Of a DNA stretch of 64,000 nt, positions 56,125 to 64,000 are shown one piece after another (position 1 is the stretch's first letter; each line of letters opens with the position of its first letter). The position numbers and the translations under genes are program-made. The DNA is from Candidatus Doudnabacteria bacterium. GTDB taxonomy: Bacteria; Patescibacteriota; Doudnabacteria; UBA920; O2-02-FULL-48-8. The notes under the pieces are model-generated. The model did no database searches. It was not told the DNA's origin and was given only the letters and a program-made list of their open reading frames with translations. The stretch spans positions 26,047-90,046 of the forward strand of contig JAIFWV010000002.1 of assembly GCA_019659055.1 (NCBI GenBank), given 5' to 3'.

Positions 56125-56280
56125 ATTTTTTTAAAAAATAGCGGCTGGTGCCGCGTGTTTCCAATATAAAACTAAAAATTACCCCTGTCAAATCCTTTCA
56201 GGATTTCGGAATTACGCAACCACTTGACGACTTTAATTTTTTAACCTGTATGAAAGAATCCTCAGAAGTGGTTAGTTCCT

Positions 56281-58743
56281 TTATTTAAGCAATTCATATC
56301 GGAAAAGTTTAGGCTGTATTGCAGTTTCATAATATTTGGCTACTGTTGTCCTTAAACCAATTATTGCCGTATTTAACTGAGGATTATCGTAAATTATTTC
56401 ATCGTTTTCATTTTTATGATATGTATTAAGTTCGGTATCAATTTGGTAAGTACCATATTTATATTCTGGGTTATATCCTTTTGTTCTTTTAGCTTTCTTT
56501 AGAACATCTTTAAACAAGTATAATAATTCCTCTTCTTCTTTTGTGAGTTTATAAGCTTTCAAATAGTTACTCGCTATCGTTGAGCTATCAAAACAGAGTT
56601 CGTTCCTATAAAATCTCCCATCGCTCCCATGAAAGCTTCGACAATGATTACGTCGACTTAAACAGGTGAATATAAAACAGCTTTTCAGAAAATCCTTATC
56701 CTTCAGGTAACGATCTTTTCCATCAGCGGTAGTAAAAAATAAATCACGTTCAAACCAATTTTTTTGTGGATAAAGTTTGGCGGCAAAAAGCGGCAATTTA
56801 TCTATGAAATTGTCAGTGCGTAAATAGAAGCCATTTTTTCTAGCATTTAATGTTGTCCTCACCAATGCTTGCTTTGGAGCTCCCAATGTATAGCCAACCA
56901 AATATTCGTACCCTAGAATATTTTCATTGAATACTTTTTCAGTACTTGTTGCCCCCGTTCTCTCTGCTTCATTTCCACTACTATCACAGTAGATACCATC
57001 TAGGCTGTCATCATTGAATTTCCGCTTATCAAAGTAAAACTCGTTGAAAGTGGTGTGAACTTTTTTCACCAAGATATCTTTTACAAATAAGGTACGATCA
57101 TCTTCTTGTTGCGGAGTATTTTTCGTGTCTATGTCAAAAGCTTTAAGCGACAGCTCTTCTTTACTTTCTGGCAAATTTTGCCACAAAATACAACTAATTG
57201 CAGACTTAGAAGCATGGAAATGTTCTCGATTAAATAAAAACCCTTCTATAAATTGATGTTCCCCCAGGCCGTGTGATTTCCAATATTTTATCGGGGAGAA
57301 AAGAATGAAAGCATCATGGGGTTTTGTCAAATAATATTTCCAACCAGACCAGATAAATAAATTGGCAATATCCTTAGACGGGATCATGCCTTTTATTTTC
57401 GAAGTAAAAAACTTTTTAAATTCGTTCGCAATAAAACTATCTTTTTTAACATCTCGAGTTAAGCCTTCCAGTCTAACCTTATCAGCACTCGTATCACTAT
57501 ATGGTGGATTTTCATATAAAATAATATTTGTCTTTGGATCTTTGATATACCTTAAAAGTGTTGCGATACTGTCACTGTATTCTGAAGTCATTCCTAGTGA
57601 CTTTTGGCCTGTGACAAATTCTAAACTGAGTGCATCGCCTCCTTCCACCAAAGCTTTTCTACTGCTAACTTCTTGTGGTGGTGGAATAATTAGTTTGACT
57701 CGATCTCCAATTCTTTCATTCAAAACTACCCACTCTTTCAATTCATAAGTATTTACTATTGTATGGGATAACTCATTATCAAAAATGTAGTCGCGTATTT
57801 TTATTGTTGTCTCGTATTTCTTTATTTCCTTAAGAGTGATTTCGTTTATTTTCTTACTTGCCCTTCCAAGAATAATATCAATACCAATACCTGTACTAGA
57901 AATGTACTCTTTCTGAAAGCTTTCATCGATATATTTACTAAGCTCACCAATTGTGATATCGTCTACTTTTTTATCAGTCAGAAACTCTTCTAGATTTCCG
58001 GTTCCTGCACAACGATCAAGAATTATATAATCATGGCCTGTGGGTATCCTTTTAATAGCTTTTCGAACTAATCCCGTAGCTTTGAGACAATATGCAGGTG
58101 GAGTATAAAAAGCTCCAAGTTCTTTTTTATGTTGCTTATCATTAAGCAAGTCCATAATATATTTAAAATCTGGCTCATCTCCTTTCCATGGATATATAAA
58201 ATGTACGAAATGCTTAGGCTCACGGAATTCCTTAAACAGTTTAATTTTGCTGGCATCCGGATTTTCGCGATAAAATCTGTTAGCCCAGCCAACAACGTCG
58301 AATACATCAATGTGAACTTTCGTATAATCTTCTCTCTCTAAAATTTCTGTAATTCTTCTTAGCCCTAATAATTTACTGTAATCAATCTTTTCGGGTTGAA
58401 TTTTAGTGTTAAATTCAGTATTATTTCTGCTAGCTGCCCCAGCGTATATTTTTTCTATATCTTTTAAAAAGTCACCTGAACTAAAAAGGTAAGCATTCTC
58501 CTCATTTAGCGCGACCAACAATATTTGAGCTGGGATAGGATCACCCTTTATTCTGCGGTGACTTAAATATTTGATGGCTTGAAGCAGGACTCTATTAATA
58601 TCTGGTATAGTTAATTTAAACTCAAAAAGAGTACCTTTATATACACCATCGGTATTATTTGTAAGCTCGATATCGGTACTAATTTTCAAATCAGTAAAAA
58701 ATCTGACTTGGCCTTCACGTTCTGATAAGAATTTATTACTCAT
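56281..58743 (-). CDS. Fused restriction endonuclease / N6-adenine methyltransferase (type IIG-like)
   Basis: TDG..FEFK..QA..Y (PD-(D/E)xK), GAFYTP, DRCAGTGNL, ENPPY; AT-rich. Confidence 0.8.
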   Translation of the reverse strand: MSNKFLSEREGQVRFFTDLKISTDIELTNNTDGVYKGTLFEFKLTIPDINRVLLQAIKYLSHRRIKGDPIPAQILLVALNEENAYLFSSGDFLKDIEKIYAGAASRNNTEFNTKIQPEKIDYSKLLGLRRITEILEREDYTKVHIDVFDVVGWANRFYRENPDASKIKLFKEFREPKHFVHFIYPWKGDEPDFKYIMDLLNDKQHKKELGAFYTPPAYCLKATGLVRKAIKRIPTGHDYIILDRCAGTGNLEEFLTDKKVDDITIGELSKYIDESFQKEYISSTGIGIDIILGRASKKINEITLKEIKKYETTIKIRDYIFDNELSHTIVNTYELKEWVVLNERIGDRVKLIIPPPQEVSSRKALVEGGDALSLEFVTGQKSLGMTSEYSDSIATLLRYIKDPKTNIILYENPPYSDTSADKVRLEGLTRDVKKDSFIANEFKKFFTSKIKGMIPSKDIANLFIWSGWKYYLTKPHDAFILFSPIKYWKSHGLGEHQFIEGFLFNREHFHASKSAISCILWQNLPESKEELSLKAFDIDTKNTPQQEDDRTLFVKDILVKKVHTTFNEFYFDKRKFNDDSLDGIYCDSSGNEAERTGATSTEKVFNENILGYEYLVGYTLGAPKQALVRTTLNARKNGFYLRTDNFIDKLPLFAAKLYPQKNWFERDLFFTTADGKDRYLKDKDFLKSCFIFTCLSRRNHCRSFHGSDGRFYRNELCFDSSTIASNYLKAYKLTKEEEELLYLFKDVLKKAKRTKGYNPEYKYGTYQIDTELNTYHKNENDEIIYDNPQLNTAIIGLRTTVAKYYETAIQPKLFRYELLK

Positions 58744-58900
58744 AGGATCTCATATTATTTAAAAGATATTCGGTATCCTAAGCATACCAAAAAGCCGCCT
58801 TTTTGGCGACTTCAGTGATTACGTAATAAAAAAGTACCTCAATTATTACACAGCTTGCTTCAAAAAGCAAAAAGTTCGTACTCCCTCTCAATGAACCAAA

Positions 58901-59362
58901 TTAAGCTTTATTTTTAGCTTCTTGGATAATAATATTTACTAAGTCATTCAGTAATATATATCCGTAAATAAAATTTAATAAAACTATTCCTGAGAATGGT
59001 AGTATATAATAATTTGATAATAATAATTCATTGCTTAATGTCTGTTTTATAAAAAAATTAATTAATAATAAATACAAAACAGTTATTAATATCAAATCAA
59101 GACCAAATTTAAACCTTTTCATCAAAGTGTGGAGTAAAGTCAGGCTTGGATTCTTGTTATCAATAGTTTTATACAGGTCAGATACATATTTTGACGTTAC
59201 AAAAATCGCTAGACTGGTAATATAAAACCCAAAAACAATCGAAAGAAAGATTATTACATTATCAACCACCTCTGTGTGTAACTTCATACCGCCATAAGTC
59301 CAGTATTGTAACAAACACATTATTAATAAAAATAGAACTACATAGATTTTCTTTTTATTCAT
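58901..59362 (-). CDS. 4-TM membrane protein
   Basis: Hydrophobic, overlaps upstream gene by 8 nt, very AT-rich. Confidence 0.75.
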   Translation of the reverse strand: MNKKKIYVVLFLLIMCLLQYWTYGGMKLHTEVVDNVIIFLSIVFGFYITSLAIFVTSKYVSDLYKTIDNKNPSLTLLHTLMKRFKFGLDLILITVLYLLLINFFIKQTLSNELLLSNYYILPFSGIVLLNFIYGYILLNDLVNIIIQEAKNKA

Positions 59363-60167
59363 GAATTTTTTTGATTAATTCGGAGACCAATTCTTTATTA
59401 ATAAATTTTCCATTCTTTCTATTCATTGGTGCCAGCAATGTTATTTTACTAATTACTTCCTGAGTATTGAAAATGCTTTCAAAATCCTCTGAGGTGCGAC
59501 CTATCACCGTAATATTTTTATATTCTGTTTTATTTTTTATAATATCTTTCACTTTTTCATATAATTGTTTTCCGATCTTCTTCTTGTTTTTATAAACCAA
59601 CTTAATAATAGCCTCTGTCGCACCAAATCCAAAAATATCTTCCCTTAGTCTTGCAGGCAACCCTATGCTAGCGGAATTCAGTAAATCCGGTTCTACCGTA
59701 AAGCATATTTCTTTTATAGATTCTATCTTATCAATAAATTCGCGTTGAGCTATCAGAGGCTTGACGGCAATTTCCTTTTTTATTTTATCCTCAAGCCAGT
59801 TTATAAGAAAGCCCTTTTTTCTGAGATCTGAAATATAAATTCTAGAGGTCAGTAAGTCGACGAGCACATAAAATTGCTCATTTAATTCAACCTTGTCAAT
59901 TGATCTGGGATTGAGGCTCTCTTTGAGCTTAGAATCAATAACTTTCTCAGAATAAGGAAACTTATTACCTTCCTCAAAACAAAGTGCAATAAACCGTTCT
60001 GGAATATACTCCTTTTCAATTTTTTTAATATTGAGAAGATCTTCTCCGATTGTTTGCTTTTCAAAATTGGCTTCGTCGATAGCGGCAAAGTTAGCCAATT
60101 CGGGCTTTTTGCCACCGATTATTAGTTGAAAAATGGAAAATTGTATCTCTTTTAGATGCTTCTTCAT
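59355..60167 (-). CDS. Hypothetical soluble protein
   Basis: 270-aa AT-rich ORF coupled to TM gene. Confidence 0.75.
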   Translation of the reverse strand: MKKHLKEIQFSIFQLIIGGKKPELANFAAIDEANFEKQTIGEDLLNIKKIEKEYIPERFIALCFEEGNKFPYSEKVIDSKLKESLNPRSIDKVELNEQFYVLVDLLTSRIYISDLRKKGFLINWLEDKIKKEIAVKPLIAQREFIDKIESIKEICFTVEPDLLNSASIGLPARLREDIFGFGATEAIIKLVYKNKKKIGKQLYEKVKDIIKNKTEYKNITVIGRTSEDFESIFNTQEVISKITLLAPMNRKNGKFINKELVSELIKKIHE

Positions 60168-60323
60168 GCCGTATTCTTAATAAAAAGACGGCAAAGAGCC
60201 GTCTTTTGTTTGATTCTATTATAAGACTCTAACAATAGCTTTGCAAGACCTTAGGATAAAATGATCTGCGGGTACAGCCATGGTCTATCAATAGGCAAAG
60301 ACACTTACGCCGCCTTTCTTAAT

Positions 60324-60554
60324 CTAACCTCGGGGAGGGTATGGGTCTTTCCCATAGGTCCACTCTGCCCTATACTGGCCATTTTGCCCTTGTATAAGGA
60401 TCTGTGAGAGTGCGCCTGCTGGAAATCGAGCCACATGTTGCTTAGCCAATTTTATGGCTTCGGCTTGCGTGGAGGTGATTTGCTCATAATTGCAATGTTC
60501 ACACCTAACTTTCCACTGAAAGCCATGTGAAAGAACATAGATCTTATTCCTCAT
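60324..60554 (-). CDS. DUF2188-like small protein
   Basis: W.V....TQAEAI..A..I.G.NG..E.TYG.DP.PP.G. Confidence 0.8.
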   Translation of the reverse strand: MRNKIYVLSHGFQWKVRCEHCNYEQITSTQAEAIKLAKQHVARFPAGALSQILIQGQNGQYRAEWTYGKDPYPPRG

Positions 60555-60834
60555 TGATTCGAATTTTCCGTCTTGTAGTCAGCCGACTCTGATTTATTCA
60601 AATTTAGTCTGGGTTTCGTACTCAGTAGATCTGCAGAATCTGTACCTCCACCGCAAATTTCCTTCTGAACTCCGTCCAAAATATTTGAAAAAGACATTAA
60701 TGACGCAAAAAGCGGCCCTGTTGGCCGCCTAACAAAAACAGTATGCGCCTCTCAAAAAAGGCTGTCAAATATTTCCGTAAGTGTTTGATGTTTTAAAAAA
60801 CAGGGTCTCAGAAGTTCTGAAACCCGAGTTTATA

Positions 60835-61056
60835 CTACCCGGTAAAGATTCCTTTCCCGGTTAAGATGGTGTGAATCGCCATCTCCAAGTTCACTGGCTC
60901 TGGCCAATGCTTCACGGGGTTGAGGCTGTGCCGCAGATGCACCACCAACATTCCGAGAGCAATGTCCTCACCTACGAGCGTCGCTGCCCTCCGGAACCCT
61001 TCCTCACCGTCGGTCGTGATGATCTTGGCCGCCCGCTGTATTTTGGAAAACTCCAC
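60835..61056 (-). CDS. Small hypothetical protein
   Basis: AAGGAGG RBS before GTG (MEFSKIQR). Confidence 0.55.
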   Translation of the reverse strand: MEFSKIQRAAKIITTDGEEGFRRAATLVGEDIALGMLVVHLRHSLNPVKHWPEPVNLEMAIHTILTGKGIFTG

Positions 61057-61109
61057 TATGCCCTCCTTGATGATGACTTGTGAGTGTAACAAACTCGGGA
61101 GGGAACGTC

Positions 61110-61136
61110 AACACCCGAGACGGGGTCTCGGGTGTT
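61110..61136. repeat. 27-bp ACCCCGT-core hairpin variant
   Basis: aacacccgagacggggtctcgggtgtt (two substitutions that perfect the stem). Confidence 0.8.
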
Positions 61137-61197
61137 AAAAATAAAAAAAGGCTGGGTGAGTTCCGTAAAGAACTACACCCAAGCCTTGTGCTTCGAT

Positions 61198-62763
61198 TTA
61201 CCAGCCGAAAGCGTGACGGTACCCGACTGACACGCTCTGTCTGAACCCTCGTGAGGTATTGGATTGCCCGACCACCGGCACCGAAGCGCTCCACCCGAGG
61301 TAAGCGCCTTTGTACCCAGCTTCGGCCGTATAGAACCCAACCATAGTGATCCCGTGCCCGAGCCCGAACGGATTGTTGTCCGTGCCGAGCGCGAACCGGT
61401 GCGCCAGTCGCAGGTCTTTCCCCAAGCCCGCCGAATGGTTGAACCCGGTTGCGAGCTTGAGTATGGTACCGACTGGGGGACTTGAGCCGTTGGTGCGGAA
61501 ATAATGCAACAACGTCGCACCCAATGGCAATTTACGTTTGCCGAGCTTCACCGAGCCCGATTTGGATCCTCCGAACTGGATGACGTCCCCGCCACGAATG
61601 AAAAATTTCGTGAGAGAAAAGTTCCAACCCGATCTGGCCCACCCAACCCCGAGATCTGACTCCATGTTGAATCCCAAACCAAACGAGTTCCAGGAATCCA
61701 CATAGAAATCACCCGCGGACGTCAAGCGCGTGTACCTCGCAAGCACCCGAGGTGCCGGCTTGGGCGCGAAGATCTCGCCTACTGCCATGCCATGGTACTT
61801 GTTCACACCCTCGAATGAAAGCGCAAACGAGTTCTTCGGCTTTTCCGGCGCATCGGACACCGACTGGTTTACAATCAGCGTATGTTCGCTGTCGCGCTTC
61901 TTCTGGTTGTCAGCCTTGCCGGACTGAGCCAACGCCATGTTGGGCACAGCCACGGTAAAGAAGAACGACACGGCCATGGCCACCTGGCGCATGAACAACC
62001 GGGCCAGTTCCTTGAATCCTTTAGGTGAAGGGAATCGCCAGAACATCACCGGCCAGCATGCGACCGCAAAGATTGCCTGGAGCGCAAACATGGCTCTGGG
62101 ACCGAAACCACGCAGCTGCGAAGGATCGATTTCTAATGCCAAAATGCCTGCCCAGAACATCATCGCGGCGCCAAGCATGGTCCAAAGGTACATCTGGCCC
62201 AAGAACAATGCCAGCGGAGCAAAGTCCCAATGCCAGACTTGCGGTTCGAAACTCTCGTACTCCCGAAGCTGTGGATCTGCTGCAGCCAGCTTTTCGTACT
62301 CCTGCTTCAGGCTGGGGCTATTCCAGTATGACCCTTCTTCGAAGTACCTCGTCAGCTCGACTTTGGCGTTCTGGATCTTCCTGAGCGCTGCCTTCGAGTC
62401 GTTGCGAGGAGTTGGCGGACCGCCAATGCCAGGCTTATCCAAGTATTGACCCTTGTTGACCGGCTCCCAATCCATGGCAACCGATTTCTCAAGCAGGGTC
62501 AGTTGGCGCATATGCTCTAGATGCTTCTGCGCCGTGTACGGAAACGATGGACCCATGGGGCCGCCGGAACTGCCCAGCTTTTTGGCCTCGCCCATGATGA
62601 TGTCGACTTGCGAGTCGGCGTAAGACGGCGCGATCGATGACATGATTCGGGAGTCCCTGGCCAACCAATGAGTCTTGTCCATGATGGCGCGGCTGGGAAT
62701 CAGCAACGCAAACATGGCGGCATACAGGACGTACGCCGTGACAGAGTAAACCTTCTTCTTCAT
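61198..62763 (-). CDS. Membrane protein with C-terminal TorF-like beta-rich domain
   Basis: AAGGAGG RBS; TMs, internal A-L-A|Q site, then amphipathic beta strands ending VSVGYRHAFGW. Confidence 0.7.
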   Translation of the reverse strand: MKKKVYSVTAYVLYAAMFALLIPSRAIMDKTHWLARDSRIMSSIAPSYADSQVDIIMGEAKKLGSSGGPMGPSFPYTAQKHLEHMRQLTLLEKSVAMDWEPVNKGQYLDKPGIGGPPTPRNDSKAALRKIQNAKVELTRYFEEGSYWNSPSLKQEYEKLAAADPQLREYESFEPQVWHWDFAPLALFLGQMYLWTMLGAAMMFWAGILALEIDPSQLRGFGPRAMFALQAIFAVACWPVMFWRFPSPKGFKELARLFMRQVAMAVSFFFTVAVPNMALAQSGKADNQKKRDSEHTLIVNQSVSDAPEKPKNSFALSFEGVNKYHGMAVGEIFAPKPAPRVLARYTRLTSAGDFYVDSWNSFGLGFNMESDLGVGWARSGWNFSLTKFFIRGGDVIQFGGSKSGSVKLGKRKLPLGATLLHYFRTNGSSPPVGTILKLATGFNHSAGLGKDLRLAHRFALGTDNNPFGLGHGITMVGFYTAEAGYKGAYLGWSASVPVVGQSNTSRGFRQSVSVGYRHAFGW

Positions 62764-62918
62764 AACTTTCTGCCTCCTTGATTTTCGCGAATGTACGCAA
62801 CCGAAACTGAACTGCAAAGTATAACAAATTGCTGACGTTTCGTCAACCCGGTTAGCCCTCGGCTTATTTCCTACACGCTCTCACCTTTTATGTTAAACTG
62901 AATGCAAAGGGAGGAAGC

Positions 62919-63158
62919 ATGGAAAAAATATATGACTTGGTACTCTTCTGTCCCAACTGTCGTAAGTGTTTCAATCCGGGAGAAGTGGGAATGTCTCTGG
63001 CGGAAGATGTCTGCATGACGGGCAATTGCCCGAGTTGCGACACGTCCGTCTTTTCCCAAACGACAATCAAAAAACTCAAGGAGGATATCCAGGTTTACGT
63101 AAACGAACAGACGAAAAAACAACTCAGGTTGGTTGCAGTAAACGGCAGAGCGGTGTAG
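62919..63158 (+). CDS. Small zinc-ribbon protein
   Basis: GGAGG RBS; CPNC..C..CPSC. Confidence 0.65.
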   Translation: MEKIYDLVLFCPNCRKCFNPGEVGMSLAEDVCMTGNCPSCDTSVFSQTTIKKLKEDIQVYVNEQTKKQLRLVAVNGRAV

Positions 63159-63177
63159 CTATGCAGAGAACAAACTA

Positions 63178-63210
63178 AAACGCCTCATCTCCAAACGGAA
63201 TGAGGCGTTT
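63178..63210. terminator. Bidirectional terminator
   Basis: aaacgcctcat..atgaggcgttt. Confidence 0.65.
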
Positions 63211-63304
63211 CTATTTCTAACTATTTAGTGTCGGGCAAACCAGGAAGTAGAAATTTTTTGTTATTTTGTATGCAAAATAACAATCGGCGAAGCCGAAAAA
63301 ATTT

Positions 63305-64000
63305 TCACTTCCTGGCAAAGTGCCGGCCGCCGTTGTCGCGGCGCGGACCACCGTGTCCGCCGCCATCTCGTGGTGGGCGCGGGCGGTCATCGATAGTGCC
63401 GCCCTCTGGACGAGGGAGGAGAATTTTGTGCGAAAGGTTGATCCGGCCCATGTGGTCGATCTCGACAACTTTGACTTCGAGCTCGTCGCCGATTTTGACG
63501 ACGTCTTCAACTTTGCCGACGTGAGTCCAGGCCAGTTCCGAGACATGGCAGAGACCGTCTTTACCGCCGGCTAGTTCCACAAACGCGCCAAAGTCCATGA
63601 TCCGGACAACTTTGCCTTTGAAGACTTCGCCGACTTTGATGTCGCGAGTGAGATTATGGATGATCTCGAGCGCCTTCTTCATGCCTTCGGCGTTGTTGCT
63701 GGCGACCATCACCAGTCCCGAATCTTCAATATCGATCTTCACACCGGTGTCGGCAATGATTTTGTTGATAATCTTACCGCCCGAACCAATGACGTCGCGG
63801 ATTTTATCCGGATTGATCTGCATGGTTTCAATGCGGGGTGCCAGAGGTGACATTTCGGGCCGCGGGGCGGAAATAGTTTTCTTCATGACGTCGAGGATGT
63901 GCATACGTCCTTCGCGGGCTTGCGTGAGAGCTTGCTCGAGAATTTCGACAGTGAGGCCGCGGGTTTTGTTGTCCATCTGCAGGGCGGTAATTCCCTTTTC
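63305..64000 (-). CDS. pnp: Polyribonucleotide nucleotidyltransferase (C-terminal part)
   Basis: [10 protein letters not shown] ([10 protein letters not shown]), S1 ([15 protein letters not shown]). Confidence 0.96.
   Translation of the reverse strand, partial: EKGITALQMDNKTRGLTVEILEQALTQAREGRMHILDVMKKTISAPRPEMSPLAPRIETMQINPDKIRDVIGSGGKIINKIIADTGVKIDIEDSGLVMVASNNAEGMKKALEIIHNLTRDIKVGEVFKGKVVRIMDFGAFVELAGGKDGLCHVSELAWTHVGKVEDVVKIGDELEVKVVEIDHMGRINLSHKILLPRPEGGTIDDRPRPPRDGGGHGGPRRDNGGRHFARK

Noticed and set aside
62871-62898. dif-like site (TTATGTTAAAC)
   Set aside because: XerD-like arm only; no XerC arm; more likely part of the promoter of 62919

Overview
Bacterial chromosomal window that looks like Patescibacteria/CPR. 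This is inferred from SD-less core genes, the alpha2-type GlyRS, EF-Tu/EF-G signature variants and many orphan membrane proteins. It holds the start of the S10 operon and a split str operon (rplB'-rplW-rplD-[GDPD]-rplC-rpsJ-tuf // fusA-rpsG-rpsL). It also holds rpmB, parB, glyA, tsaC, leuS, tatD, metG, nfo, glyQS, tgt, a zwf-gnd fusion, the 3' part of pnp, tRNA-Pro(GGG) and tRNA-Leu(CAA) with a tandem 3' duplication. Accessory islets with strong Shine-Dalgarno sites lie between these genes. Highlights: (1) an antisense island between fusA and tuf with a promoter/terminator-bounded structured ncRNA candidate (6S-like?), a frameshifted guanylate-kinase-like gene and three small HxxxCxxC (ZAS-like) proteins; (2) a ~107-nt structured element with compensatory base changes, found after both fusA and tRNA-Pro; (3) an ArsR/lipase cassette bracketed by palindromic 23-26 bp repeats; (4) a class F sortase plus an LPSTG-anchored ice-binding (DUF3494) protein; (5) an AT-rich island with a fused type IIG-like R-M enzyme and an uncharacterised soluble+TM gene pair; (6) a TorF-like beta-barrel fusion protein; (7) several REP-like and heptamer-hairpin repeat families. 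All calls come from reading the sequence only; no searches were run.
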